From Antedon mediterranea (lineage: Eukaryota; Animalia; Echinodermata), in contig NC_092672.1 of assembly GCF_964355755.1 (NCBI RefSeq), forward strand, positions 21,093,237 to 21,157,236: 64,000 nt of DNA, read 5' to 3'. Position 1 is the first letter of the stretch; the number at the start of each line of letters is the position of its first letter. Position numbers and translations under genes: made by a program. The notes beneath the pieces were generated by a model, which saw only the letters and a program-made list of their open reading frames with translations, ran no database searches and had not been told where the DNA came from. This document shows positions 35,541-50,502 of this stretch, piece after piece.

Positions 35541-36219
35541 CTGCCCTTTTGAATGCCTTTTGATTAAAGTTACATTACCAAGAATGTGCAAACTCTTTAG
35601 CACCAATCGGTCGAACCATCACAACTTTATTCTTATCTGCTCGACGAATGAGATAAACACTAAGATCATAAATCACAATGAAGACACAGTTCTACGAGAG
35701 TTCGTCAGTTAGATCTTTCGGCCAAAGTATACAATGGAGATGATCCTTTTCTCTCGGATGGTAATGTTAATGCCAAAACTAATTTATATAATTCAATTAT
35801 GCATGATACTTACAATGAGCATTTCCCAGTGATTACTAGCAATAAGCGGGTTACAGATAAAACTGACGCACAACATAAGAAAATTAGTTAATTAATTAAG
35901 TTGCTAAATTTAATTTAAGATAAATTTAAAAAACTGATCAATGGGCCAGACTTCGGAATTTGGTACAGAAAATAATTTAGGTTACCAGCATAATTTCCAT
36001 CAAGAGAACCTCCCCAGTTATATTCATATACTTTTTTTTGTATAATTTGTTCATCATTTTTATATTGTAATTGTATTTCTTTCATACGGTCTCGTGGAAA
36101 AACACATTTTGTTGTGAACGAGCCTCCGTTTTAAAATAAATATATTGTTATTATTATATATGCCTGGAAAGTACGGAAAAGGCTTAATATAGCTTGATTT
36201 AAAAGCATCTAAAGCTGGT

Positions 36220-36620
36220 CATCCCGACAATTAACCAGTGAGCTTAATAATGGATTTTGCACCTATACTAACTCCAATTATCACGAATATTTTGAACAGT
36301 GTACTAGTGAAAGATATTTTTTTTGGAGGATTGGAAGAAGTCCACTCAGTTTACAATATGAAAGGTTAAAAATGCCAAGACTTTAAATGTGCTTAGACCT
36401 ATCTCGCTCTCTCCATTTTTGTTTGAATATTTCATTTTTCAATGGATTCTCTAGAATAACAGGTACTTTAATAGCACCCACCCTTTTCCTGGTGTTATTC
36501 AATGATGCACTCATTGTGTGCTGTGGAGGTTACAGTTACTTAAACAAGTGGTGCAATGTAACTGGTAATATGACACCGAAACTATCTAAATGTAAGGTGA
36601 TGTCGTTACAACTATTAAGA
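36220..36620 (+). mobile_element. Highly decayed LINE RT relic
   Basis: Fragments DFAPILTPIITNILN and GTLIAPTLFLVLFND. Confidence 0.45.
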
Positions 36621-39600
36621 TGTTATTAAATTTGAAGTAAAAATGATTCAGTATTAAAGGTGTTGAAAATAATTACTCGATATTGTTATTCAGAATAATT
36701 TAAAATGCGATACGAATACTGAGGAGATTGTTTCAAGAGATCTATGTTTGAAAACGATATATTGATAGATCTATTTATTGAACAAACAGTAGGCCTAATA
36801 AAAAAAAATGATGTGTGGGAATTGTATGTAGTTGAAACCGAAACACGACATAAACGCCCTGGTACAATATTGTGTGTATGCATTTGGCGGAGCGTTATAT
36901 GAGGGAAAATGCCCCGGGGCATTTATTATTTGAGGAGGTGGAAGGGTGGGCGTTTATTTCAAATGATGTTTTATGAAGGGGACGCGGCGCGTCATTCAAA
37001 GCGGGCGTTTATTCGAATAAATACGGTAGGTTATTAGTTTTAATAAGTTAATCACTTCCGTAAAAAAACGACAAATGACAAAATAAAATGGTTAAATTCT
37101 ATCAAAAACCCATTGACTTGTAGCAATTTGACTCTTTTTAAAATTACAGTTTTTCAGGTAAATTCAATTTTTGTCAAAGTGGATAACTATTAATGTGACA
37201 TTAAAATGGCATCTGTAATTAACGGGGCCAAAATTACATTTCGATGATTATGTTGACATCTTAAATAATGAACAAAATATATATTGCGATATTAATTTGA
37301 TTAAAAAATCAGGATTAGGATATGACATTAAACAAAATTTAAAAATACGTTATCACCACTTAATACGAAACGATCTGGGAAGACAACTTTAGCTTATGGT
37401 TATAAAAGATATCTCTGATTATTTGATGATAAATAGATGTATGAATTATTTGATCACAGTCATTCCAAATTACATCTCTCTTGCGTCTTTTAGTTAATAG
37501 ATTATAATGATTAAGACATGGTTTGTTCTTCGAGGCCTAAAAGGCTGTCGATTGCTTGATGATCGATTGATGAATAGGGTCACATCCCTACCATAGGCCT
37601 AGGTCTGCAATATTTATTACACAATAGTATATCCTGACTTGCAATGATCTCAACCATGATCCTGTTTTAGAATGATTTTTTGTTGTTGAAAGTAGATAAA
37701 TTCGTATTATTAGGCCTACTTTTTAAATTTATTAACATCACGTCATTTCAGTAATTTCCCAGGGACGTCTTCTTAAAAGATTCCAGGTCATCTCTTTAGA
37801 CTTAGACCAAAGAATATATATCACTGGATGAGTATTCCGCGATTTTTGCATGAGAAATTTGTAACAGAGAGCTCCAGAGAGTGTGATGCCCGCCCTAATA
37901 AGTGCGGATGTATACATACTAAATAAGACTTGATTTAATAGATATTATACATGTCACATTATATAGAATTATGATAATATATTTTGCAATTGTAAACTAT
38001 TTTATAATATATATTTATTAACAAACTAGTGTACATTCACTTTTACAGACAATTATTTACTAACATGCTAAATTAGTTCACAAAAAAGGCCTAACACAGC
38101 AATAGGTGGTCCAGCCTTTGATTAGTGAAACCCTCACAAAAAGTTGTATACATCCCAGATACATCCTCACTCATGGCGGCGCCCTACCACATGTACAAGG
38201 AAAATCGCGGATTACTCATTCTTGTGAGTCATCGCCAGAGGTTGCACACGTGTGTGTACTACCATGGAGTGAAGAATAAGGGTACTACATGTGTTGGCAC
38301 AAAAAAGTTTTCAGGAATCATGACTGTTAGTGTTGACATATTTTGAACTTTAGTTCCCGGTAATATTTTACATATTTTATGGTAAAGTTAAGCTATCAGT
38401 GACTTTTGTAAAGGATAACAATAGGCCATTCCAACAATACAGGTGCCTAAGCCTACTAATAATTATTAAGCTAATAAGACAAGAATGATTTTAGCCTTAG
38501 GCTACTATAGTAAGCTGTGTAGTAAGTACTGTATGTAGGCTAAAGTTAAGCCCCCGATCCGGCCTCACTATGGCCTAGCTAGCTGAGATTTAGGTACCTG
38601 TCTTTCTTACTGTAACAGCAGTCTATCACAGCTTTTCCGACTGGCGAGGTATGCAAGACTTGATAATTTTAAGATTGAATGCCTACAACTTAAGCAATAA
38701 ATCTTGGTAGCAAAAATGATACTGTACATTAGTTACTATACAGTGTGTGCCGCAATTGTTTTGAAGTAATTAACCACTGATGGAAGGTATCCCATCCTAG
38801 TCCCATTGCCTATGTTTTTTTATGTTAAAAGTTTTAAAACATGAAACCAGGTCATTCCGTGTCTTAAATGTACGTTTTATGGTAATTTGATAAAAAGAAA
38901 AAAAAACAATGCACTACTAAATTTATTAGAATCGATTATTTTTCACATTTTTAACCATTTAAAGCCAAAACAAGTTATCGCAATAGGATAAGATGAATGT
39001 AATTTGTGACCTTCTTAAATTAAATCTTAAAAACGTAGGGAATGGGACTTTAGACAGACTTCCCCCATGATTGTATACTCCTTGAGTGGTGGTAAATATG
39101 CAACAGTATTCATAAAATGGTTTTGCAAAATGAGGACCAGTGAAAATACCACTACACCATGACATTTATATTAACTAAAAAGATTACTAAAAGTATTACA
39201 GTTACCTCTGACTTAATTAAAGTCTTCAGTCCATGTTGATCAGATTTTTGTAGATTTTGTATTTTGGTATGACCCACTATACGACACGATTACATGGTTT
39301 TGTAAATATTTTGTTCTCTAATTTTTTTAATTCCACAATTTTTCCAGTCATCATCTTAATTTTGTAAAGCTCGGTTTAATACCTATAGCAGAGCATCATT
39401 TTTTACATTTGTTTCTTGAAGGTATTTTTATCATGAACACATTCTCTACGTTACCAAACTGTTCCAAGCCAAACACACACCATTTAACAAACGACTGACA
39501 CATAAAATCTATGAGCGTAGTCAGCCTAGACGAGTACTAAGTCTTACCATTTGCCTCTTTTTTTCATTTAAGGTAAAGATTAATAAGATAATAAATTACT

Positions 39601-40977
39601 AACTTCTATCATAATTAATTATGGAAAACTACAGGGATATTGTAAATTAGAAATGTGAAGTATAAATATATCCACTGTGATGTAACACATACACATCTAT
39701 CAGACACACACTGCAGAATAAGAGTAATTTTCAGAATAACAATTAATTAATAGTTCTAGATAGTCTTTCTCCTTTTTTGCTGAAGTAGGGAAGGCCATTG
39801 CCTCTGTATCCCCCTCTTTTGATCCTGCATTTGCCCCCATGGTTTTTCAAGATTAAAAAAACCTTTAAAAACCTGTTGAAATACTGGCTGTTCTATTTAA
39901 CTCAGTTCAACCTTCTTTTAACAATAGTCAATCTTTCAATTCATGACATTTTCTCACCACAACTCAAACATTCATTATTTGCATACTAATGCCAAGTGCC
40001 AAGCCATAATAACATCAATTTCCATAGACAGCTGCCAATACTGTAAACTATTTTATTTTGCAGGTTCATAACTGGGCAGCAGTGCCTCTTGTGGTTGTTA
40101 CCTTACCACAAAGGCAGAAATAGCAAAGCATTGAAGAAGACTGCTCATAAAAGTGTGCCGTACAGACAACATAGTACGGTATGTTTTTGCTATAGGTCTA
40201 CAGTATAGCAATGATTTTCTATTGAAACTTGTTTTAATGATACTTGTATGATTGATATTATGTCTATTAAGTTTCCATATACTACACTTAACAACTTCTT
40301 GTGTTTTGTACTACAATTCCAAAGGAAATCATGTGTAGGAGTTTTGTAAATGAATTGTAAGAATTCTAAAGTGAAATTCAATAGAATACTTGTGTATTGT
40401 GCTTCTATATTTAATAAGTGCACAGACCGTGGACACGTTTTTGTGATATCATAGTTAGGTACTATTCATTGTGAATACTATATAAAAGAAATATACTCTA
40501 AAGAGTTAGACAGTTGGTGCTATGAATTGATTGAATTCAGACAACTAGAAAGTCAGTCCAGTTATTGTGAATTACCAGATTATTCCATTTTAACCAATAA
40601 TAATGTAAGTTTGCAATGTAGATGTTATGTAAGTACAGTAAGAAATACAGTATATTGCTGATTTTTCAATTTTATAAATTTGATAAATATTAGTTTATAA
40701 TTTTGATTATTAAGAGTAAGAGTTTTAAGGAAGAAGGAAGCTAAAATAAGCTGGTTGAGAATTGAAATGTTTGGATAAAAGAGAAGAAAATTAAATGAGT
40801 TGTTACAACAGGATATGTCATTTTTTTTGTCACCAGTATGTAGATTTAGGAAGACACTTTAATATAGTCTAACTCTATTTCCTTTAACATAACATGTTTG
40901 GTAGCCTGATAAGTTTAGTAGACTTCTTAGTCAATGTAAAGAGTGGCCTACTGTATCTTTTAAGCTGCTTGGTCAGT

Positions 40978-41935
40978 TCTGTAGGTCTGTCAGTCTTTTA
41001 AACATGTAACAGGTTAGATCTAGTACACCAATTGATTCCTGTAGGTCTGTCAGTCTTTTTTAAACATTTAACAGGTTAGATCTGATATACCAATTGGTTT
41101 CTGTAGGTCTGTCAGTCTTTTAAACATGTATAACAGGTTAGATCTGATATACCAATTGATTTCTGTAGGTCTGTCAGTCTTTTAAACATGTATAACAGGT
41201 TAGATCTGATATACCAATTGGTTTCTGTAGGTCTGTCAGTCTTTTAAACATGTAACAGGTTAGATCTGATATACCAATTGATTTCTGTATGTCTGTCAGT
41301 CTTTTTTTTATTATGATAACAGGTTAGATCTGATATACCAATTGATTCCTGTATGTATGTCAGTCTTGTAAACATTTATCACATTAGATCTTATATACCA
41401 ATTGATTCCTGTAGGTCTGTCAGTCTTTTAAACATTTAACAGGTTAGATCTGATATACCAATTGATTTCTGTAGGTCTGTCAGTCTTTTAGACATGTAAC
41501 AGGTTAGATCTAATATACCAATTGATTTCTGTAGGTCTGTCAGTTTTTTAAACATTTAACAGGTTAGATCTGATATACCAATTGATTTCTGTAGGTCTGT
41601 CAGTCTTTTAAACATTTAACAGGTTAGATCTGATATACCAATTGATTCCTGTAGGTCTGTCAGTCTTTTAAACATTTAACAGGTTAGATCTGATATACCA
41701 ATTGATTTCTGTAGGTCTGTCAGTCTTTTTTTTTATTATGATAACAGGTTAGATCTGATATACCAATTGATTCCTGTAGGTCTGTCGGTCTTTTTTTATT
41801 ATGATAACAGGTTAGAGCTGATTTACCAAACCTACAGAAATCATTTGGTATATTAGATCTAATGTGTTAAATGTTTAAAATACTAAAAGACCTACAGAAA
41901 TCAATTAATGTACTAGATCTAATGTGTTAAATGTT
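40978..41935. repeat. ~60-bp tandem repeat, ~14 copies, ending in two inverted diverged units
   Basis: ctgtaggtctgtcagtcttttaaacat..aggttagatctgatataccaattg; inverted units cctacagaaatca..tagatctaa at 41830-41935. Confidence 0.92.
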
Positions 41936-42243
41936 TTATTATTTTTTCTGTCTAAACTTGCAGTCCTTTTGTTACCATACTGAGAATTTTCCTCAAGTAG
42001 TAATTAAATTAAAATACTATTTATTTTTTTGGCTAAAATAGCAATTATTTGCTAATAAAAACTGGGCTAAACTTGTTTCCCTTTAGTACTTTTTAGGGGT
42101 TTTATAGAAATTTAATAACAGAATTCTAAAGAAAATTCCACAGAGTATTGTGAATTGTACAAGTGCATAGACCATGCAAAAGTTGTTGTGACATCATAGC
42201 TAAAGTCAATAAGCATATCTATATATAAATTTACGTAAGGGCA

Positions 42244-44750
42244 AAATTCGGTAAATCGCGCGTTATTTCTAGAATGTTTACTCGATGGTATATAAAGTTG
42301 GTTCGTACTTTCTGTACTGATTTTAACCACCTGATGTAACCCTGTTTACTAATTAAATTGAGTTCGATAATTAGTTATTGACGATTAAAACGAATTTAGG
42401 TTCAACTATTTGCCCCAAATAGGGGTGTTTTTCGATCGTGGTATACACTGTCTAATGGATGTCCGTCTTGAAAAATACCCGCCACAAAAATGCGAGGAGG
42501 CTTCGCATTTTCCTATCTCCTCCTACGATAATTGTTTTTAATGGCTGAAAACCGGTTGAACAGCTAGAGTACACCATCATAATGTTGAAGACAGGCCGAT
42601 TTTCTTTAAAAAATACTATTTTGATAGATTTAATATACGATATACAAATCTATTGATTTGCGATGAATAGAACATCCCAATCTCTCAGTCTGCCAGAGTT
42701 TGGTTTAACACAAGTACTGTAGGTAAATTTATGAGCCCTTGGTTTAACACATACGGTAGGTAAATATATGGGCCCTTTGAGAATAAACTTGTGAGATTGT
42801 GGATAGGCTCTACTGTTAGATATATAAACACATTATTATATACAAATACACTTTATACTGACAGTTCTTTCTCAACGTTTGTATTAATTAATAATTACCA
42901 AATATAAACGTCGTAGTTGTGTATCGTGACATGGTACTTTAATATTTCAATCGATTATGACAGTGACAGTTTTAACTAAACTAAATAAAGAATGTTCTCT
43001 AATATAATTAGGAATCTCTTGCCATACACGGGGAAAATTAGTGTACAATGAATATTTAAAAGAAATAAATAAATAAATAAAATAAAAAAAGTATTAAATC
43101 GCAAATGTTTTACTGTATTTAGAGGTATATTATTTATAGGCCTATAAAACATGAAAAAAATATTTCGTTAGTGAGTGGATAAAGAATAATAATATTTTAA
43201 AATTGTTCCTCTTTGTACCTATCCGCTTTCCCATCCCTCAACCCTAATGTTACATACAAAACACAAATTGGGTTTCTTTAAATGAGTCCAAATCAAAAAC
43301 TTGATTTTGTGATAAGTTTCTCCTTCGGAAGTAATTCCCAGGGTGCTAATTTTAGTTGACTACATAAATCATCGTGTCTATTTAAATTCGGTAAATCGCG
43401 CCTTACTTCTAGAATTTTCACTCGATGGTATGTAAAGTTGGTTCGTACTTTCGGTACTGATTTTAACCGCCTGATGTAACCCTGTTTACTAATTAAATTG
43501 AGTTAGATAATTAGTTATTGACGATTAAAACGAATTTAGGTTCAAAGATTTGCCCCAAATAGGGGTGTTTTCCGATCGTGGTATACACTGTCTAATTGAT
43601 GTCCATCTTGAAAAATACCCGCCAAAAAAATGCGAGGAGGCTTCGCATTTTTCTATCTCCTCCTACGACAATTGTTTTTAATAGCTGAAAACCGGTTGAA
43701 CAGCTAGAGTACACCATCATAATGTTGAAGACAGGCCGATTTTCTTTAAAAAATACTATTTTGATAGATTTAATATACGATTATACAAATGTATTGATTT
43801 GCGATGAATGGAACATCCCAATCTCTCAGTCTGCCAGAGTTTGGTTTAACACAAGTACTGTAGGTAAATTTATGAGCCCTTGGTTTAACACATACGGTAG
43901 GTAAATATATGGGCCCTTTGAGAATAAACTTGCAATACTTTGACAATACTGTAAATACCTATTAACTATTTTTCATTTGAATCGAACATTTCTTACTGTG
44001 AATGTTCGTACTGTTAGATGTAATATAAAAATGTATACAAATAAACTTTATTACTGAGACTGTGGATAGGCTCTACTGTTAGATATACAAATAAACTTTA
44101 TACTGACAGTTCCTTCTCAACGTTTGTATTAATTAATAATTACCAAAAATATAAACGTCGTAGTGGTGTATCGTGACATGTACTTTAATATTTCAATCGA
44201 TTATGACAGTGACAGTTTTAACAAAGTATTAAATCGCAAATGTTTTAGGCCTACTGTATTTAGAGGTATATTATTTATAGGCCTATAAAACATGAACAAA
44301 ATATTTCGTTACTCAGTGGATAAAGAATATATTTAAAAATTGTTCCTCTTTGTACCTATCCGCTTTCCCATCCCTCAACCCTAATGTTACATAGCGAGGA
44401 GGCTTCGCATTTTCCTATCTCCTCTTACGATAATTGTTTTTAATAGCTGAAAACCGGTTGAACAGCTAGAGTACACCATCATAATGTTGAAGACAGGCCG
44501 ATTTTCTTTAAAAAATACTATTTTGATAGATTGCTAGAGTACACCATCATAATGTTGAAGACAGGCCGATTTTCTTTAAAAAATAATATTTTGATAGATT
44601 TAATATACGATTATACAAATGTATTGATTTGCGATGAATGGAACATCCAGTTTGGTTTAACACAAGTACTGTAGGTAAATTTATGAGCCCTTGGTTTAAC
44701 ACATACGGTAGGTAAATATATGGGCCCTTTGAGAATAAACTTGCAATAGG
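42244..44750 (+). repeat. Diverged segmental tandem duplication, period ~1.1 kb, ~2.3 copies
   Basis: 42244-42792 matches 43384-43932; 42800-43255 matches 44060-44392; partial third copy 44395-44745. Confidence 0.9.
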
Positions 44751-46921
44751 TTCGGAAAATGTTAAAAACCAATTTCTATTATTTGAATCGGTAAACAGTT
44801 TCCATTTATTATACATTGATAATGAAACATGAAATATTCCTATTTATGTCCCTCGAGGTTCATTACAATTTATATTTAGTAGTCCCACGGACTTCATCTT
44901 AGCCACTCCCCCGAGTGCTAAGGCCAAATTTATGATACCTTACTTTCTATGTAAGTTTAGTTACAGTTAGTTCTTGACGATAATACAACGAATTTAGGTT
45001 ACACCCTTCGGCCGCGAAAACGTTTCTGTACAAATATGATACCGATTGGCTTTATTTCATTCAACAGCGACCATAATCTCGCCAATTACAGGATAGATAA
45101 ACTATTTTATTATTGATGTGCTTATAAATTAAGACTCATGTAAACAGCTTGATTACATCATTTTACAGACAAACGAAACTTTTTTAAACCTACTGTTTCA
45201 ATAACTGAGTATAATACTGTATACGTTTTCATAAGTAAGTGCATATACATTTTCGTGTTTTCATTGACGAGATTGTAATAGTAACTTCAGTAACTATTAC
45301 AGTACTTATTTATTATACGACACAAGACAATTGTATCTGACAGGTACGTACATTATTCTAAAAAATAAGTCTAGATAGATCCCTTGGGCGTCATAAATCA
45401 CAGGCCAACAAATCAGTACTCATGACAGAAATTCGACCCAGTTTGGTTCACACAAATGTTTACAGGAAGTTCAACACCACAACCGATGATTTGCCCTAAA
45501 TATTTAGGTAGACTACAGTTTAATTTTTCACTGAATAGGAGCTTGAATTTCCGATTTCCATTTCGCAGAATGTCTAGGTCTATTTATTTAGTTTGGTTCT
45601 TATAATATAAATACAATCAACTTTATTACTGCGGTTCCATCACCACCACCACGTGCCGCCGCCCAATTCCCGTACATACATTTCCATTTCTCCCTAATTT
45701 CTTTAATCCACATAAATTAATTGTCCTTTATGGAATCCAGTATTGGTTTTGTTGTCTCTATTTCTGAATACCCCAATTAGGGGGACACTTCCGTTTTTGT
45801 TTAGTGTCCCAAAAAAGTCCCCGTCCGTGGATTCTACTGTATTCGAGAACCATCTGTGAGCACCCCTAGATGGTACGCGAGCGAAGCGAGCGTGCCATCT
45901 AGTTATGTGAATGAACACTAAATATGAAAATAGACTGTAAGGAGTGGTAGGCAGTTGGTGCTACAAATTGGTTTAATTTTGAGTTGATTGGTAAAGTCAG
46001 TATAGTTATCAAGATTTCTAGTCCAAGTTGAGTCCATAATTTGTCAGTTTGCACTGTAGTTCATATTAAAGCAAGAAATACTACCCTAACTATTATCAGA
46101 TTAATTTATTTACAAATCTGATTTGTAATTTACAGTGTAGTATGGAAGGCTGCAATGAGTAGGTTTGAAAATAAACACTGAAATACTGGATTTGGATCAG
46201 AGTGCAAACCATTTTTGTAAATGTAAAAATTACACAATTGTGGGATGGTGTTAAGAGTATGGGAGGGGCATGTGCTTTCACCCCTAATTAGGAATGTCAG
46301 AGCCTAAAATCTGGGCAATCCCTAGGCTTGATTGTTTTTTTATCCAGTCACCATGCATCACAGATTTACAAAGCCAATTAAATTGGACAGAAAAGTATGA
46401 GTCAAATGTAAAATTGTCATATTAAACATTTTTTTGAACGGCAACAGATTCTATGTAAAAGATGCCGAGATTGAATTCATTTTCTTAATTTTGTTTTTCT
46501 CTTTTGTTGGGGCAGTCCCCCTTTTATTGCACATATTATGATAAACAATATGATAAAAGTTATATCTATCTATCAATGGATATTTATGTTATACATTTTT
46601 TACTGCACTTTTAAATTTTGGCCTATAGGCCTATAACACACACACATTCCTATTAGGGAGTGCATTAATTGTCTCTTTTATCATAATTAACCTTAAAATG
46701 CACATTTAATCTTTTTAAAGTTATATATATGCATTATTTTTACAAAACGTCAACAATTGCAGATCTAGTGTCTTTAACCAATATTAAAACCGATGTTGTA
46801 ATTTCATGAATTAAGTCATAGATTGTATACCTTCCAAAACTCCTAAGCGTCAGAATCATTTTTTGTTAGGTCGTTTTCTGACTTAGTGTATTTATTATTA
46901 TTATCAAGCAAAGTAAGAATG

Positions 46922-48087
46922 CAGTGGCGCACTCTCCGCATCTCATTCGTAACGATTCGTACAGAGGACACCGTCATACAACCGCGGCCCCTAGGCCTAC
47001 CTATTGTTTAGCTGACAGTCAGTAAGCATAAATAAAAGTGTATATACGTCAAAAATGGAACGCTGTGGTTAACTACAGATCATCATCATAGAGGATATGT
47101 TAATAATAATATAGTACACTAACTGTGTGCTGTAGTATACATTATAGCAACCTACAGTATGTGTGGCTAGTATATGTATCATCATCATAGGATATGTTAA
47201 TAATAATATAGTACACTAACTGTGTACTATAGTATACATTATAGCAACCTACAGTATGTGTGGCTAGTATATGTATCATCATCATAGAGGATGTTAATAA
47301 TAATATAGTACACTAACTGTGTGCTGTAGTGTACATTATAGCAACCTACAGTATGTGTGGCTAGTATATGTATCATCATCATAGAGGATGTGTTAATAAT
47401 AATATCGTACACTAACTGTGGTAACTGTGTACTGTAGTATACATTATAGCAACCTATTTTTTTTCAAGGCCATCCACCCAACTGTGTCAATACCGAGGCT
47501 ATTTATATATTTAATTTCTTCAACAAATTTATGTAAATAAAATTATTGAGCTATAATAAGCATTAAATTTTGCGCTTTTTTCGGGGCTTCCTCTAGATGT
47601 ACGTTCGCAATAAACTTGAACGCAACGCAATAAAAACTAAATACTGAGTGAATGAAATCGGCAACAAAATGTTATATCGCCCTGCAATTAGTCACATGTG
47701 TTTATTGGAGGGGAAAAGTATGATTGTTTTGCTCATTGGTAGCATGCTACTGTACATATGAGAGTGTCTTTTCCTGCAAATTAGAGGTGCCATTTATCAT
47801 GATTTTTATGTGCGAGAGTACCATTTCCATTCCGTTTCTAGGGCGTCATTTAACATTTTAAGTTCGCTTCGCCATAGGTCCTGTCGATGGCCTTGGACAA
47901 GCACCTTGAAGCGCCCTGTTGTGACGCTTTTACTTTTAATTGCTTTTAATAGGCTTATGGGGAAAATGTCACCATTTAGTAGGCTAGTACCTCAACCCAT
48001 CCTCAACCAAGGTTGGGCTGAGTTGATGTGAATCTTTACAGTTGCGCCCCCTTCCCCTCTTTCACAAAATCCTGGATCCGCCCCCTG
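46922..48087. mobile_element. Non-autonomous DNA transposon with CAG termini and 5-bp TSD GAATG; same family as 11195-13260
   Basis: Ends CAGTGGCG / CGCCCCCTG; GAATG on both sides; shared internal blocks (tttttcggggcttc..gtacgttcgca, ttttgctcattggtagcatgct); internal ~105-bp tandem repeat 47081-47455. Confidence 0.8.
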
Positions 48088-48367
48088 GAATGCATTAATT
48101 TATTTATTAATAGTAAAAGCCAAAGTTGTTTTTTGAAATGCTTATTGTCTGATTCAGCAGCCAGTTATCTAATGTATACGTTTTAGTTTTACTTAATTGT
48201 TTACAGGTATAATAACCATTTTGACATACTGTATATCATTTATTTGAATAGGTACATACAGCACATCTTTGTTATAGTGTGTTTGTATTAATAATTCTAA
48301 TGATCATTAGCTTTGATTTTGCCTGTGAACATTCAGTTGGTTAGATTTTGTCTTGTCTCTGATCATT

Positions 48368-48860
48368 AAGTCAAGTCAAGTCAAGTCAAGTCAAGTATCA
48401 TTTATTATCATTTGTTTTAGGAAAAACATAGAAATTCTGTTTGCTCTGTTGGCGGAGCACAATATCCAACGGACACAACACGAACTCAAAAACAAAAACA
48501 TTACAAAAAAAAAGTGTCTACATCATATTTAAGGGTCTAATAGATCCTGGAAAGAAACTATTTGTAAATCGTGCCTTATTGGCCTTAATAGAACGAAATC
48601 GCCGACCGCTGCGCATCAACTGGAACATACTAGAGGCCGGATGAAAATGATCATCTTTGATAGCCACTGCCTTTTTCAGAAGACGATCCGAAAATATGTT
48701 CTCCAAAGGCAGTTGTGTAGATCCAATTATACGCGATGCGGTCTTGACTATTCTATTTAGGTCACGCTTTTCATTTTCGGTAGCGCTACCGAACCATACC
48801 GTTAAAGAATACGTTATTACACTCTCTATAACTGACCTATAGAAGGACGACATTAACTAC
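48368..48860 (-). mobile_element. Rex1/Babar-like LINE 3' end
   Basis: FYRSVIESVITYSLTVWFG..LNRIVKTASRIIG..HPASSMFQLMRSGRRFRS..RFTNSFFP; (TTGAC)n tail. Confidence 0.88.
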
Positions 48861-49412
48861 TAATGCCTTGATTAATAATGGATTTATTCAATACCTAATT
48901 ACATAGAGTTAGAAAATTACTGTTATCTTTTTTTTTATTTTATAATTGCATTATATTTGGTTTTATAGTGCAACCTCTTTCAAGAGCGGTTATTAACTAA
49001 CTAACCCTTGATCCCCACAGTGCCTCTCTGATAAAATATAATCTCAAACCAATCTATTGAAAATGTAAAAACAAATCTGATAAACTCAACTAATGTTAAA
49101 CTGATGATGCAATTTCTTGACTTAAGTTGTAGATTGTATACCTTCCAAGCCATGTATGATTGACATGATTTTAATCAAACATCTTTATTTTATTAATACT
49201 TTGTATGAACCTCATCTTATTCAATGTTCAAGTATTTTTAATAATTCCAAGTAAAAATACATTGTATTTTCACAAGACCTTAATCAGTCATTATTAGGGT
49301 TTACCTGAGGTACCTTGATACACCTTTATTGCTTTACCTAAAATGGTAATTTATGTTGGTTTGTAGTTCTAATCAACTATATGATAAAACAAAGACAACA
49401 CTATGGTGTAAA

Positions 49413-49645
49413 TTTTTTTTTTTTTTTTTTTATTCATACTCATCCAACAGCGAGTAACTCGCCAATTACAGGATGGATAAACTATTTAATAATTTATCGT
49501 GCTTATAAACTAAGTCTCATTTGAGGCTTAGGGAGTGGAGTTGAAAGAGTCATGAGTTACAACCCTGCCCTAGGTCAGGATTGAACCCGGGACCTTGGGA
49601 TTGGAAGGCAAGCACGTTAACCACCAAGCTACAGCTCCACTCCAT
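49413..49645 (-). mobile_element. tRNA-derived SINE with poly(A) tail
   Basis: Minus strand head TGTAGCTTGGTGG (A box), GGTTCAATCC (B box); A-tail at 49413-49431; LINE-like 3' stem-loop. Tail-only copy at ~45050-45140. Confidence 0.85.
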
Positions 49646-50239
49646 GAATTGCAATAAATGATATACAGTATGTCAAAATGGTTATTATACCTGTAAACAA
49701 TTAAGTAAAACTAAAACGTATACATTAGATAACTGGCTGCTGAATCAGACAATAAGCATTTCAAAAAACAACTTTGGCTTTTACTATTAATAAATAAATT
49801 AATGCATTCCAGGGGGCGGATCCAGGATTTTGTGAAAGAGGGGAAGGGGGCGCAACTGTAAAGATTCACATAAACTCAGCCCAACCTTGGTTGAGGATGG
49901 GTTGAGGTACTAGCCTACTAAATGGTGACATTTTCCCCATAGGCCTATTAAAATCAATTAGCAATTTTACAGAATATATTGAATTGCCCTGGTTATCAGA
50001 TAAAAGTGTTGGTCTTTTGTACAACAATTTGCATTCAACTATTGATAGAGAAGCATTATATATTTTAGATTTTTTTATTTCAGCATTACTCCGTAGACCT
50101 ACTTGAATCTAGAATTAATATATTATTAATTGATAGAGGAGGCATTGGTTGAGGAAAGTGTTGATAGATGAGACATTTATTTACTCAACATCATGTTCAG
50201 TACTTTTAGTCCTAGTACTGTATTTATATTGATTATTGT

Positions 50240-50461
50240 CAAAATTAGAGGAAGGGATAGTATATAGGTTGAGTTTAAAGCCACATCTACAGATGATCCT
50301 CTAATGGTGTGATGAGCTGTCAAATTAGAGGAAGGGATAGTATTTAGGTTGAGTTTAAAGCCACAATCTGCAGATGATCCTCTAATGATGTGATGAGCTG
50401 TCAAATTAGAGGAAGGGATAGTATTTAGGTCGAGTTTAAAGCCACAATCTGCAGATGATCC
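50240..50461 (+). repeat. ~81-bp tandem repeat, ~2.7 copies
   Basis: tgtcaaattagaggaagggatagtat.. recurs three times. Confidence 0.85.
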
Positions 50462-50502
50462 CAATTATTGCTTCATTCTGTGATGAGTTGTCACACAAGT
50501 TT

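Noticed and set aside
34020-35712. Repetitive ORFs (ICYDTILYRNQLL; KGGGLYCQRNYY)
   Set aside because: Artefacts of 39- and 60-bp tandem units whose lengths are multiples of 3.
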